Below the pieces are notes generated by a model, which saw nothing but the letters and a program-made list of their open reading frames with translations, had not been told where the DNA came from and searched no databases. Below, in pieces: positions 23,144-36,253 of a stretch of DNA of 64,000 nt. This stretch comes from Squalus acanthias (taxonomy: Eukaryota). The stretch is from positions 41,790,001 to 41,854,000 of the forward strand of contig CM059432.1 of the NCBI GenBank assembly GCA_030390025.1, written 5' to 3'. Within the stretch, counting starts at the first letter, position 1. Each line of letters opens with the position of its first letter. The position numbers were made by a program, and so were the translations under genes.

Positions 23144-24646
23144 ACAAAAGTAAAATACTGTGGATGCTGGAAATCTGTAATAAAACCAGAAAATGCTGGA
23201 AATACTCAGCAGGTCAGGCAGCATCTGTGGAGAAAGAAACAGAGTTAACGTTTCAGGTTGATGACCTTTCATCAGCAGTTCTCATAGAGTCATAGAGTTA
23301 TACAGCACAGGAAGAGGCCCTTCGGCCCATCGTGTCCATGCCGGCCATCAAGACCTGTCTATTCTAATCCCATTTTCCAGCACTTGGTCCGTAGCCTTGT
23401 ATGCTATGGCGTTTCAAGTGCTCATCTAAATGCTTCTTGAATGTTGTGAGGGTTCCTGCCTCTACCACCCTTTCAGGCAGTGAGTTCCAGATTCCAACCA
23501 CCCTCTGGGTGAAAAAGGTTTTCCTCAAATCCCCTCTAAACCTCCTGCCCTTTACCTTGAAACTATGCCCCCTGGTTATTGACCCCTCTACTAAGGGGAA
23601 AAGTTCCTTTCTATCTACCCTATCTATGCCCCTCATAATTTTGTACACCTCAATCAGGTCCCCCCTCAGCCTTCTCTGCTCTAAGGAAAACAACCCCAGA
23701 CTGTCCAGTCTCTCTTCATAGCTGAAGCGCTCCAGCCCAGGTAACATCCTGGTGAATCTCCTCTGCACCCTCTCCAATGCAATCACATCCTTCCTATAGT
23801 GTGGCGACCAGAACTGCACACAGTATTCCAGCTGTGGTCTAACTAGCGTTTTGTACAGCTCCATCATAACCTCCCTGCTCTTATATTCTATGCCTTGGCT
23901 AATGAAGGCAATTATCCCATATGCCTTTTTAACCATCTTATCTACCTGTCCTGCTGCCTTCAGGGATCTATGTACATGCACACCAAGGTCCCTCTAATCC
24001 TCTGTCCTTCTTAGGGTCCGACCATTCATTGTGTATTCCCTTGCCTTGTTAGTCCTCCCAAAATGCACCACCTCACACTTTTCAGGGTTAAATTCCATTT
24101 GCCACTGTTCTGCCCATCTGACCAACCCGTCTATATCGTCCTGTAGCCTGAGGCTTCCCTCCTCGCTATTTACCACCCCACCAATTTTCGTGTCATCTGC
24201 GAACTTACTGATCATACCTCCTACATTCATATGTAAATCATTAATGTACACTACAAACAGCAAAGGACCCAGCACTGATCCCTGCGGTACACCACTGGAC
24301 ACAGGCTTCCAGTCACAAAAACAACCTTCGACCATCACCCTCTGCCTCCTGCCACTAAGCCAATTTTGGATCCAATGTGCCAAGTTGCCCTGGATCCCAT
24401 GGGCTCTTACCTTCTTGACCAGTCTCCCATGCGGGACTTTGTCAAAAGCCTTACTGAAGTCCATGTAGACCACATCAACTGCACTACCCTCATCCACACA
24501 CCTCGTCACCCCCTCGAAAAATTCAATCAAATTGGTCAGACATGATCTCCCCCTGATGAAAGGCCATTGACCTGAAACGTTAACTGTTTCTCTCTCCACA
24601 GATGCTGCCTGACCTGCTGAGTATTTCCAGCATTTTCTGGTTTTAT
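23144..24646. mobile_element. Palindromic (head-to-head) Penelope pLTR-derived element, split at its centre by a CR1
   Basis: 23144-23282 is the reverse complement of 24553-24646; hammerhead cores on - (23243-23275) and + (24553-24585). Confidence 0.8.
23283..24552 (-). mobile_element. CR1 LINE, 5'-truncated
   Basis: YMDFSKAFDKVPH, GVPQGSVLGP, FADD and [11 protein letters not shown] motifs; one stop at ~23995; (catagagt)n tail. Confidence 0.93.
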
Positions 24647-25129
24647 GTCTACTCACTATTGTGTTCTGAGTTATCTATATATACATAATAAATGCTATAG
24701 AAATGCAAGCTGTAGTTGTTGTAAGCTGGGTGTTGAGGAAGGAAAAAGCTTCAAATTAGTTGGTACACTTACCCTCAGGATTTGGCAGAATGCATTTGTT
24801 TATACTGACCCAAAATTCATGTTTACTGGTTTCCTCAATTCAGCACAGGTAACTTGCAAATAGTTATTATATAATATATTCTACTTAAGAGCATGAATCT
24901 CCCATTTCTCTTGTTGAGCTTATTCAGACAATTTTAGAAACTATTTATTTTCCGAATTATGGCCTATGAGCAGTATTTCCTTTTTTTGGCAACTTTATTG
25001 CACCGCTTCAAAAATCTCAAAAATATATTAGGTACACTTTAAAAAAAAAGTATTTTGGGGATGTCCTGGGGTCACGAAAGGCACTATATAAATGTAAATT
25101 TGCATACCATTTAAAGTGTAATTGTACTA

Positions 25130-25460
25130 AAGAGTTTACTCAAGCTTAAGGTAGACAAATTACTAGGACTTGAAGCTTTAGATCCAAAGATCCTGAAGAA
25201 AACTGGGGAAGAAATTGTGGAGTCTCTGAATGTAATTTTCCTAACCGGTGGAAAGGAAAATTGTGCCGGAGGACTGAAGTGTGGCAAATGTGACTCTCCT
25301 CTTTAAAAAAATGAAACCGGGATAATCCAGGAAATTACAGGCCAGTTTGTCTTAATTCAGTTGTTAGTAAACTAACCTCCTTGATACGAGATGAAATTAA
25401 TAAGCACTTAGAGAAATGTGCATTAACTTGAACCAGTCAGCACAGATTTCTAAAAGAGAA
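25130..25460 (+). mobile_element. CR1 internal fragment (old)
   Basis: Degenerate VPED*SVANVTLLFKK..PGNYRPV.L translation. Confidence 0.6.
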
Positions 25461-25947
25461 ATGGGAAACTCACTCCAATTTACCACCTTTCCTGTGGGGA
25501 GATACTTAGCTTCCACTTGAAAATTCCCTGGTATTACAGATGTAAATCTGTGTAAAACTGCTCCATGGTGCAACATATTGGAGCTCTAACAGGCTGTGTC
25601 ACAGTGCAACGACTAATACAATTGACCATTTAAGTTTAACTTTTAAATACATCTAACATGTGGTAGGAGAGAGCATGTTACCATACCAAATGTGTCACAT
25701 TTTTGAGATTCTCGTTAAATTACAACAATTTACTTAGTCTACCTTGCTCTCAGACAGATTATGAAATGCTAAGTTAAGGAGAAAATGTTCACTGCTGTAC
25801 AATAATACTAATTTTCTTACATGGTTAACTGTTTAATGTTGCAGAACAGTGTGAAACAAACAGGCTTCGGTTACTATTCCCGTAGATGAAATAAAGCTTA
25901 AGAACTTTGTCATCAATTATTAATAAATACAAATTGGTCATACTCAC

Positions 25948-26013
25948 TCTTTGCCGATATGTGACTCCAAAGGTATAAGCAGCATTCAGCCTAGTCATGG
26001 TATCTGGGCACAA
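25948..26013 (-). CDS. TMEM67: Meckelin coding exon (approx. exon 11), LCPDTMTRLNAAYTFGVTYRQR
   Basis: ttacag/gtgagt; 66 nt; close to human [22 protein letters not shown]. Confidence 0.96.
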
Positions 26014-26179
26014 CTGTAAATAAGAACAATGTATAAATACACATAAAATTCCAGGATAATCACCTGCAGACAAACCGCACACACACATATATATAGATAG
26101 ATATACAGTCACCACCGCTTACAGTGGGTGCGTTCGTGTAAACGCGATTTACCTGTTATACGTGGTATACGCCAGTATA

Positions 26180-26469
26180 ACTTCCCAAACCCGCAACCTC
26201 TACCGCCTAGAAGGACAAGGGCAGCAGGTGCGTGGGAACACCATCACCTCCAAGTTTCACTCTAAGTCACATACCATCCTGACTTGGAAATATATCGCCA
26301 TTCCTTCATTGTCGCTGGGTCAAAATCCTGGAACTCCCCCCTAACAGCACTGTGGGAGTGCCTTCACCACGCGGACTGCAGCGGTTCAAGAAGGTCAAGG
26401 CAATTAGGGATGGGCAATAAATGCTGGCCTTGCCAGCGACGCCCACATCCCGTGAACGAATAAAAAAAA
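26180..26469 (+). mobile_element. 3' fragment of second LINE family
   Basis: Matches 38150-38445 including poly-A tail. Confidence 0.8.
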
Positions 26470-26667
26470 TGTGGCTATGTTTTTATTGTGGAATCCAGGA
26501 AAAAAACAACTTCCCCAGAAATTCATTGTTATTTTTCCTAATTTGTCCCTCACTGTTGCTCTTGGTTCCTAGCTGCTGCTGCTGCTGCTATTCTGAAGTT
26601 TGAATTGTGCTGCATTTTGTGAGCAGTATCAGGAATTTCCATCAGGAGCGTGCACGAGCCATTATAG

Positions 26668-27610
26668 CAAGAAGCAAAATACTGCGGATGCTGGAAATCT
26701 GAAATAAAACCAGAAAATGCAGGAAATACGCATCTGCGGCATAACTAAGGCTGCCTATTTCCACCTCCGTAATGTCGCCCGTCTCCGCCCCTGCCTCAGC
26801 TCATCTGCTGCTGAAAGCCTCATCCATGACTTTGTTACCTCTAGACCTGACTATTCCAAAGCACTCCTGGCTGGCTTCCCACATTCTACCCTACGTAAAC
26901 TTGAGGTCATCCAAAACTCGGCTGCCCGTGTCCTAACTCGAACCAAGTCCCGTTCACCCATCACCCCTGTGCTCGCTGACCTACATTGGCTCCCGGTTAA
27001 GCAACGCCTCGATTTCAAAATTCTCATCTTTGTTTTCAAATCCCTCCATGGCCTCGCCCCTCCCTATCTCTGTAATCTCCTTCAGCCCCACAACACCCCA
27101 AGATATCTGCACTCCTCTAATTCTGCCCTCTTGAGCATCCCTGATTATAATCGCTCAACCATTGGTGGCCGTGCCTTCTGTTGTCTAGGCCCCAGGCTCT
27201 GGAATTCCCTGCCTAAACCTCTCCGCCTCGCTACCTTTCTTTCCTCCTTTAAGAAGCTCCTTAAAACCTACCTCTTTGACCAAGCTTTTGGTCACCTGCC
27301 CTAATTTCTCCTTATGTGGCTCGGTGTCAAATTTTTGTCTTATAACCCCCAATGTGAAGCGCCTTGGGACGCTTTACTACGTTAAAGGCGCTATATGAAT
27401 ACAAGTTATTGTTGTTGAAATACTCAGCAGGTCAGGGAGCATCTGTGGAGAGAGAAATATTTTCAGGTCGATGACCTTTCAAAGGTTCTGATGAAAGGTC
27501 ATCGACCTGAAATGTCAACTCTGTCTCTCTCTCCACAGATGCTGTTGAGTACTTCCAGCACTTTCTGGTTTTATTTCAGATTTTCAGCATTCGCTGTATT
27601 TTGCTTTTGT
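26668..27610. mobile_element. Palindromic (head-to-head) Penelope pLTR-derived element with L2 inserted in the left arm
   Basis: Arms 26668-26729 + 27424-27480 versus 27484-27610 are reverse complements; + strand hammerhead core at 27484-27520. Confidence 0.8.
26730..27416 (+). mobile_element. L2 LINE 3' end (ORF 26717..27304)
   Basis: AYFHLRN..RLRP, QNSAARVLT, ITPVLADLHWLPV, GGRAF and LKTYLF motifs; (gtt)n tail; GAAATAC duplicated at 26723 and 27417. Confidence 0.9.
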
Positions 27611-27989
27611 CTAAGAATATAAATATTCACTTTAATATTGTATCTCATACATATGCATTTTGGAAACTGGAAATATTACTGGCGAAGTGTTTTTCTCAAT
27701 CTAAAGGGAGAATCACAAAATTATGCAGGAAATATTATTTTAAAATGCTTAATTTAAAAGAAAGGAAAAACATTAATTAGGTTAAATAGGTCTCATTAAC
27801 TGACTAATAATTTGATAATAACTCTGATAGAATTTAACTGGAGATCATTGAGCTTTTAATCAGCTCAGAATTTTTTTGATACATCAATACTTAGAATTTG
27901 AAATCTAACAGGCTTTTCTTTTGGTGAATACTTAAAAGAGAAAAGCACTCAAACCATACTTTATATAATAAATATTTCAGGAAGTTTAC

Positions 27990-28076
27990 CTGTAGAGTAC
28001 CTCCAGTTACTTTTTCCCAATTAAGAAAATAACCACGTGCATCGTATTTGGCAATAACGAACTGTAGTTCCATACG
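27990..28076 (-). CDS. TMEM67: Meckelin coding exon (approx. exon 10), RMELQFVIAKYDARGYFLNWEKVTGGTLQ
   Basis: ttacag/gtaaac; 87 nt, phase 0/0; resembles human [25 protein letters not shown]. Confidence 0.95.
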
Positions 28077-28359
28077 CTGTAAGCAGTAAAACATAAATGA
28101 TAAAGAACAAGGAACAAGAAATCACAATCACAGTTTACAACACTTGCTTGTGTTTAAGTTTAAAGGTACCATGCATTAGAGCTTAGCACTTGGACAAGTA
28201 TCAGCTGATCGAAGTGAACCAGCTTGATTTGTGAAGGGGAGGACATGTCTGACTAATCCAGTTGACTTTTTTGAGGTGGCCAATAGCATGGTGGATAGAG
28301 GAATGTCTATGGATGTTGTCTATATGGACTTCCAGAAGACAGGGAATGCGATACGCAAG

Positions 28360-28790
28360 ACAACAACAACAGCAACGTGTATTTATAGAGCGTCTTTAAC
28401 GTAGTAAAACATCCCAAGGTGCTTCACAGGAGCGTTATCACACAAAATTTGACACCGAGCCACATAAGGAGAAATGAAGGCAGATGATCAAAAGCTTGGT
28501 CAAAGAGCCAGGTGTTAAGGAGAGTCTTAAAGGAGGAAAGAGAGGTAGAGAGGCGGAGAGGTTTAGGGTTGGCCACTTATCAGCCCAATCCTGTATGTCG
28601 TCCAGGTCCTGCTGCATGTGGGCATGGGCTGTTTCATTTAGCGATTAAAATTGGGGATGCACAAGAGGCCAGAACTGGAAGAGTGCAGAGATCTCGAAGG
28701 CTTGTAGGGCTGCAGAAGATTACAGAGATAGGGAGGGGCCATGGAGGGATTTGAAAACAAGAATGAGGATTTTTAAATTGAGGCGCTGTC
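28360..28790 (-). mobile_element. L2 LINE 3' fragment (preceded by a small CR1 fragment at ~28180-28340)
   Basis: Reverse complement of the L2 tail seen at 27200-27416; (caa)n on +. Confidence 0.75.
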
Positions 28791-28877
28791 GGTATTTAAG
28801 ACTATTAATATCCTACTAACTGACCTACTATGACATTGCTCATGAATAAAAATAATGATGTACCTTTTTGTAACTGT

Positions 28878-30971
28878 GGCCGCGAATTTGCCGGTGCTCA
28901 GAGGGCGGGTTTGGAGACAGGTCGGGAGTAAAAATCTAAATGATTGACAGCGGATTGCAAACCTGCCGCCATCCTGCTTCCACGCTACTTTACCAAGTGT
29001 CGGGTCTGCGAGTCCCGATCAGACCCGACACCAAACGGCAGGAGAGGCACTTAAGGCAGTTAACAGCCTTGATAATCTTATTTTAACTGCCTATTCCGAT
29101 TTTGGAACATTTTCTGCGTGTTGCCCGTCGTCCGCCAAATACGCCAGCTGCATTGTGTCGGGTTGTTGGCAGCTGCTGCAGCACTTTAAAAGCGGTCCTA
29201 CAACATGGCTGAGTTGTAGATGCCACAACTTAGTGCTTTGAGGTTTTGACAAACATTTTGCAACTCTACTGATCTTGTGAGTGTTCAAGCAGAAATCCAT
29301 CTGCAGGGTGACCTCCTTGGAATATCCTCTGGCCACTTTGACTGAGCACTTGCAACCTCTATTCCTCAACTGAGATATATACCAGCAGAATGGGAACCAT
29401 TTATATCCTCTCATCCTGGTTGTCAGATTTGGAGGAAGAGCAGCCTCGGCAGCAGCACAACCAGGCACAATAGCAGCACTGAGCAGGTGCTCTGCTTTGC
29501 CACTCTGGCTGGCTTCCCACGGGTGCAGGGCTTCATTGACTGCACGCATGTGGCCATCAGGGCACCCCATCATCACCCAGGAGTGTTTGTGAACCACAAA
29601 GGGTTTCCACTCCCTCAATGTGCAGCTGGTCTGCAACTATGGAAAGATCATCATGCATGTGTGTGCCAAATTCCCTGGCAGCTGTCATGACTCTTTTGTC
29701 CTGTGCCAGTCCACCCTCCCTTAGCTCTTCACACCCTCAGAGGCTGGAGGCTCCTCTGAGGAGTCGTCTTCCTCCTCCAACTGGACAGCGGCGGGGGCTC
29801 TTAATGAACCTGTGGGAGAGTAAAGAGATGATTTAGAAATGTTATATTAAGAATGGGTAACAATACCATTATGGACATGATGAACATTCACTGGTTGCTG
29901 ACATCAGTCCCCATATGAGTGACTGCTGTATGCCATGTGGCTGTATGAGATGTAATTCTGTCACAGGTTGCTGAGGGGTCCCCTTCTCTCCATCTCCTAC
30001 CGCCAGCAGCTCCTCAACTCCTGACACCTACAGGGCCACCTCCTCTGCTGCTGTCAAAGTGCCGAAGGATGGAGGCCCACCTCCGGTTCTCTCCCTCTCC
30101 CTGTTGTGTGTTCGTTTCTCCTGCAAGGAGGGAAAGAAGAGAAGTCTGAGTGAGAGTAATGGCATGAGTGTAAGGAATGTGTGGGTTATATCTGTAGAGG
30201 ATGATTATGAGGGAGTGTGGTGCAAATGCCAAAGTGCCAATGTCAAATGGCCTCCTTGCTTGGTGTTAGTTGGTATTCTTGCATTAGGATGAGGGCAAGT
30301 GTGAGGGGTGGTTAGTCAGAGGGGGATGTGAGTATATACATAGAGAGAGAGGGATGGGTGGACGTGCAAGGTATGTTGGTGTAAGTAATGATGGGCAGAA
30401 GCAGGCTTGGGAAGGCTGAGTGATGGGGATGCGGTGACAGGCACAGCAGGATAAAGGAGAGAGTGGCTTTGCACTCACCTTTCCTGATTGCATGAGATCA
30501 TTGAAGCGTTTCCGGCACTGTGCCCAGGTCCGCCTCACCACATCCCTGCTGTTCACCTCCTCTGCAATTTGGAGCCAGGCTCTTTTTGTCCTCTGGGGAG
30601 GTCTCTTCCACTCATCAGCAGGGAAGAGGACCTCCCTGCATGCTCTGACTCCCTCCACAAGAATATGTAGGGAGTCATCTGAAAACCTGGGTGCAGCCCT
30701 CTGTCTTTGTGAAGCCATCTTTGCAAGTCTTAGCAATAACCAGATCATGATATATCCTCCCTGCACACTCCTAGATGAAAGTTCAAATGCAATGTGGCCA
30801 AGGCTGCTTTAAATATCCTTGCTGGAAATGAGTCATCGATGACATCATCAGACCCACACCATTTAATAGGGCCGGGAACGCGCAGGCCTGCCTTAACTGA
30901 AAGTCGTTCTGAGGAGCAGGATGATAAGAAAAATACAGTTCCGACCCGCCTAGGTAAGGAAAATTCCAGCC
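28878..30971. mobile_element. Decayed PIF/Harbinger (transposase remnant + at ~29390-29730; Myb remnant - at ~30720-29990)
   Basis: GFIDCTHVAIR..NHKGF; APRFSDDSLHILV..QCRKRFNDL; degenerate GGC..GAATTT termini. Confidence 0.8.
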
Positions 30972-31205
30972 ATTGTGTGTGACTGTCTGTCTTGAAATAA
31001 GGAATAATTGTCAATAATTGTAGAAAATATAAATAATGTAGATTTTGTATTTTAGGTCAATTAGTGGGCTTATTTATGTGTTTTATAATTAAGTAGAGGG
31101 AATGTTATGTAGAAGGAATTGTTTTAATTACTTGATTTCCCTGGATGCTTATGGAAAATTACATGATATGCTATTTTATATTATGTAATGTACAATATTA
31201 CAAGG

Positions 31206-32240
31206 TGTCAACCGTGGCTCAATTGGTAGCACTCTCACTTCTGAGTGAGAAGATTGTGGGTTCAAGTCCCACTCCACAGACTTGATCAAAAAAATTTAGG
31301 TTCACACTCCAGTGCAGTAATTAAGGAGTACAAACTCCGTTCCCTGACCACTGTTTCCATCCTTGGCAACTGTCTTAAGCTGAGCAAGACCAATCGCAAC
31401 CTTGGTTTTGTGTTTGAACCTGAGATGAGTTTCTGACCACATATCCGCTCCATCACCAAGACTGCCTACTTCTAGTCCGAACATCGCTCGATTCCGACCC
31501 TGCCTCAGCTCATCTGCTGCTGAAACCCTCATGCATGCCTTTGCTGCCTCTAGACTTGACTACTCCAATGCTCTCCTGGCCGGCCTTCTACCTTCCACCC
31601 TACATAAACTTGTGCTCATTCAAAATTCTGCTGCCCGTATCTTAACTCGCTCCTAATCTCGCTCACCCATCACCCATATGCTCGTTGACCTTCACTGGCT
31701 CCCGGTCTGACAATGCCTCAATTTTAAAATCCTCATCCTTGTTTTCAAATCCCTCTATGGCCTCGTCCTCTCTATCTCTGTAGCATCCTCCAGCCCTACA
31801 ACCCTCCGAGATCTCTGCGCTCTTCCAATTCTGGCCTCTTGCGCATCCTCAATTTTAATTGCTCCACCATTGGCGGCCGTGCTTTCAGCTGTCTTGGCCC
31901 TAAGCTCTGGAATTCCCTGTCTAAACCTCTCTGACTCTCTCTTCTCTTTTAATATGCTCCTTAAAACCTACCTCTTTTATCAAGCTTTTAGTCACCTTTC
32001 CTGATATCTCCTTCTGTGGCTCGGTGTCAAAAAATATTTTTTTATTGATAGCACTCTTGTTAAGCGCCTTGAGATGTTTTACTACGTTAAATGCGCTATA
32101 AAAATGTAAGTTGTTGTTGTCTTTCATGCCATCTTTCAGATGAGATGTTAAACTGAGGCCATGTCTGCCCTCTCAGATGGCCATAAAAGATCCCATGGCA
32201 ATAATTTGAGGAAGAGCAGGGAAGTTGTCTTGGGGTGTGG
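31206..32240 (+). mobile_element. DeuSINE copy interrupted by an L2 3' fragment (~31330-32120)
   Basis: SINE head 31206-31328; L2 sequence similar to 26730-27416; Deu core resumes at ~32125. Confidence 0.75.
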
Positions 32241-32769
32241 AAGCACTGTGATATTGGTGGTGGGATTTGGAGGATGATTGCTGGGTGTGGGAATACTGGA
32301 GTCATGGGTGCGGGGCGGGGGGGGGAGTAACACTCTGGCCAGGAAGGAGAGAGGTGGGGAAGAGGGGGAGAGAGAGGGGAAAGAGGGGAGAGAGTGGGAA
32401 GGGGAGGGAAATCGCCTCACCTCTCCAGGCTCCAACTGTCAGTCAATCAGCTCAGTGTGTGATCTGGCCAATATTCTTTCCTCCACAACCGGCTGCAGGT
32501 AAATGAGCCCCAAGCCTCAAAATGGCTCGGGCCTCATAGTGGTAACAATGGGCAGGCTGCGGATACACTATGGCCACCAACCGCCCATTGTACGCTTCGA
32601 GTTAAAATTCCCCCATAAGTCTTCCTTAATTACTTCTTCCACACGAAGTATTACAAAAAAAGGATTTCTCCAGTAATGAGTTGGGAAGTCTCTGTTATTT
32701 AAAGTGTGTACTGTACTGTACTGACAGAATACTGCATTGTCATCGGTGCTGTGTTTTGGAACAGATGTT

Positions 32770-35700
32770 AAACCGAAGCATGACTAGGAGAATGAAGAGA
32801 GGCCACACAGAACAAGACAAGCCGCTAGAAGAGGGAGGAGGAGGAGGAGGAGGGGAGAAGGGCACTCAGCTGGAGGTCATATCCGCCGAGGGTCTTCAGT
32901 GAACAATTCTCTTACTTCAATTTCAGCAAGGACCAATACATGAGATGTTTTCGCTTCACAAAAGAGGTTGTGACTGAAATCTGCCAACTGGTGCAGCCAC
33001 AACTGCAGCCTCAAAGCAGGTCAAGGACAGCATTTCCCGTGGTTGTTAAGGTGACCATGGCTCTTAACTTTTATGCGTCTGGCTCCTTTCAGGCTGCTGT
33101 TGGAGATATAAGTAACATCTCGCAGTTTGCAGTGTGCTGCTGTATAAGGGAGGTCACTGAGACTCTCTATACAAAGAGAAACACATTCATCTCATTGCCT
33201 CTTGCCAGAGACAAGCAGGCAGAGTGAGCACGAGGGTTTGTACTGATTGCAAGCTTCCCCATGGTGAAGGGTGCCATTGAATACACGGACATTGAATGGC
33301 CTTGCCAGCGATGCTCACATTCCATAAATGAATTGAAAAAAAATTGCCTTGCATGTTCCTCATCTGCACACAGCCATTTTGATCAACCAAAAGGGATTCC
33401 ACTCCCTAAACGTACAGCTATGTGTGACTACAGGCAGCGCATCATGCAGGTGAATGCCCGTTATCCTGGCAACAGTCATAATTCTTTCATTCTGCGGCAG
33501 TCCTCTGTTCCACCTGTATATGAACCACTATGGCAAGTTAAAAACTGGCTACTGGTCGACAAGGGTTATCTCCTCATGACCTGGCTCATGCCTCAGGTCA
33601 GGAACCCATGCACATGTGCACAGTAGGCCTACAATGAGAGCCTTGCTGCCACAAGGAACATTATAGAGTGCATCATCGGAATCCGCAAGCAACAATAACG
33701 CTGACTGGACTGGTCCGGAGGAGCCCTGCAGTACCCAGCTGAACGGGTGTCAAGATCTGTGGTAGTATGCTACATGCTGCACATCCTCGCCATTATGAGG
33801 GAACAGCCCTTGCCATCACCTATCTGGTGAGGAGCAGGAGCATGAGGAAGAGGAGGAGGAGGAACTGGAGGAGGAGAAGAAATGCAAAAGGAAGTGGAGG
33901 AACAGGACGAGAAAGGGAGACTGCAATGTAGACAGCCCCTTTCTGCACAGGATCTATGTGATCAGATTATGCATGAGTGATACCAGTAAACTCAACCTCC
34001 CCATTCACCAACAGTTCCACAATCCTTACTTTTCCTCTATCAATGACAGCACAAAAATAAAAACCACCAGAAAATGCACATTCATATCAAATTTTATAAA
34101 TTCACTCTTTAAATAATGCATACAAAATTAAACTAATTACTCTTGTGCATTTCCTTAATGCCTGTCTTCCGTGTGCCTATGCCTATCCTCAGGCTCCTAC
34201 GAGGTGGTTCCCCAGTGGCTGCAGTATGGCTGATGGAAGGCTGCTGACCTTCAATTGAGGAGACTGCAGATGGCCTTGGAGGATGACCTCGAGTAGCTCC
34301 GGGCCTAGAGTGCCCGGCTTCATACTGCACCATCTCGGCTTGGGCTGGCTGGCTGACAGGCAACAGCAAGGGCACTGGCGGAGTGGCAGAGGTGGGAACA
34401 GGAATGCTGTCCTCCTGAGAGAGGACAGCAGATTCGTGTTTCATGGAGCCACTGCCACTCTACCGAGGCAGTGCCTCATCAATCCTGCTGATCTGATAGA
34501 GAACAGATTGATGGACTGCTGTGACACCCGAGAAGCCCCTTTGAACAGTGGTATCCAGAGCCGTGATGGCAGCAGTCTGAACTTCCACTGCATCACTCAG
34601 ACCTTTGATGAAATCTGTTTGTGCTGCAATGGAAGCTATTTGTGCTGCAATGAAGCTGTGATAGCAGTCATTAACAACAACAACTTGTATTCATATAGCG
34701 CCTTTAACGTAGTAAAGCTAGGTGGGAAAGTAAGCTGTGAGGAGGACACAAAGAGCTTGCAAAGGGATAAAGACAGGTTAAGTGAGTGGGCAATAAGGTC
34801 GCAGATGGAGTATAATGTGGGGAAATGTAGGAAGATGTAGGAAGAATAGAAAAACAGAATATTTTTTAAATGGTGAGAAGCTATTAAATGTTGGTGTTCA
34901 GAGAGAGTTAGGTGTCCTCGTACAGGAAACACAGAAAGCTAGCATGCAGGTACAGCAAGCAATTAGGAAGGCAAATGGCATGTTGGCCTTTATTGCAAGG
35001 GGGTTGGAGTATAAGAGTAAGGAAGACTTACTACAATTGACAGGGCTTTGGTGAGGCCACACCTGGAGTACTGTGCACAGTTTTGGTTTCCTTATCTAAG
35101 GAAGGACATACTTGCCTTAGAAGCGGTGCAATGAAGGTTCACTAGATTGATTCCTGCGATGAGAGGGTTGTCCTATGAGGAGAGACTGAGTAGATTGGGC
35201 CTATACTCTCTGGAGTTTCAAAGAATGAGAGGTGATCTCATTGAAACATATAAGTTCTGAGGGGGATTGACAGGGTAGATGCTGAGAGGTTGTTTCCCCT
35301 GGCTGGAGTGTCTAGAACTAGGGGCCATAGTCTCAGGATAAGGGGTAGACCATTTAAGGCTGAGATGAGGAGGAATTTCTTCACTCAGAGGGTTGTGAAT
35401 CTTTGCAATTCTCTACCCCTGCTCCTAATTATTATGTTCTTACGTAGAAGTGTGTCAGTGAGTGGCCTGCAATATGTTTGCGTGATATGGCTGTCATGGT
35501 TGAAGAGTTGTCAGTTTGTTCGAGCTGTTAGATGTGGGTGCGAGGCTTGCAACAGTGCTAAGTGTGAAGGTGAGATAAACCATACAAAATGGTTGAGTAC
35601 TGATTATAAGAGATTGTTGGTAGGTGGGTGATGGGGGTGTAGTGAATTGAGCTGTGGATGAGGCTACTGGTGCAGTTAGTAGGATTTGAAGGATTTGAAG

Positions 35701-36253
35701 ATCGAACTCACCTTGAAAACCCATGTCAGATTTCTAAACTTCTTCATGCACTGCATCCATGTTCTTGGAGCTACACTCCTGGCATTGACCATCACAGCTT
35801 CTTCCCACTGCCACCTGAGCATATGTCTGGAGGACCTCCTGCCCCCCTACGGATACAGGATGTCTCTTCTTGTCTCCACGTCTTGCACCAAGATCTCCAG
35901 TGCATTATCGGAAAATCTTGGTGCACACTCTCTCGTATTTTCAGCTATTCTACAATCTTTCACAGCACAGATTCAGTTCACAAAGGACTCCCATCACTTC
36001 TTCCAGCCACAATGATCATTCCCTTTAAGAGGTGCACTCTGCCTTTAAGTAGCACTAGCCACTTGCGATATCAGGCCCCCTGCTGATGTGCACAGCCAAA
36101 GAACAGCGTGGGTAGCGCTGACTGCACAAAGTAATCATATAAAGTAGCAGGCAGCACCAATTTAGCATGCTGCCTGCAATGCAGTGACTGGGTGCAGGTT
36201 AAGCATGTACCGCAATCCCCACTCCCGTTTTCAGGGGTTATCCAATTTAACCC
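32770..36253. mobile_element. Decayed PIF/Harbinger (transposase pseudogene + ~32800-33980; Myb remnants - ~35950-34133)
   Basis: RFTKEVVTEIC, ALNFYASGSFQ, ARYPGNSH and LVDKGY motifs with stops/frameshifts; right terminus ..aatttaaccc; left end not resolved. Confidence 0.8.
34715..35420 (+). mobile_element. CR1 fragment nested in the Harbinger Myb gene
   Basis: LGGKVSCEEDTKSLQRD, KANGMLAFIARG and RTRGHSLRIRG translations. Confidence 0.85.

Noticed and set aside
9430..24468. Plus-strand ORFs antisense to CR1 copies (9430..9888, 11036..11389, 23401..23721, 24031..24468)
   Set aside because: Recurrent antisense open frames of CR1 ORF2 with no independent motifs
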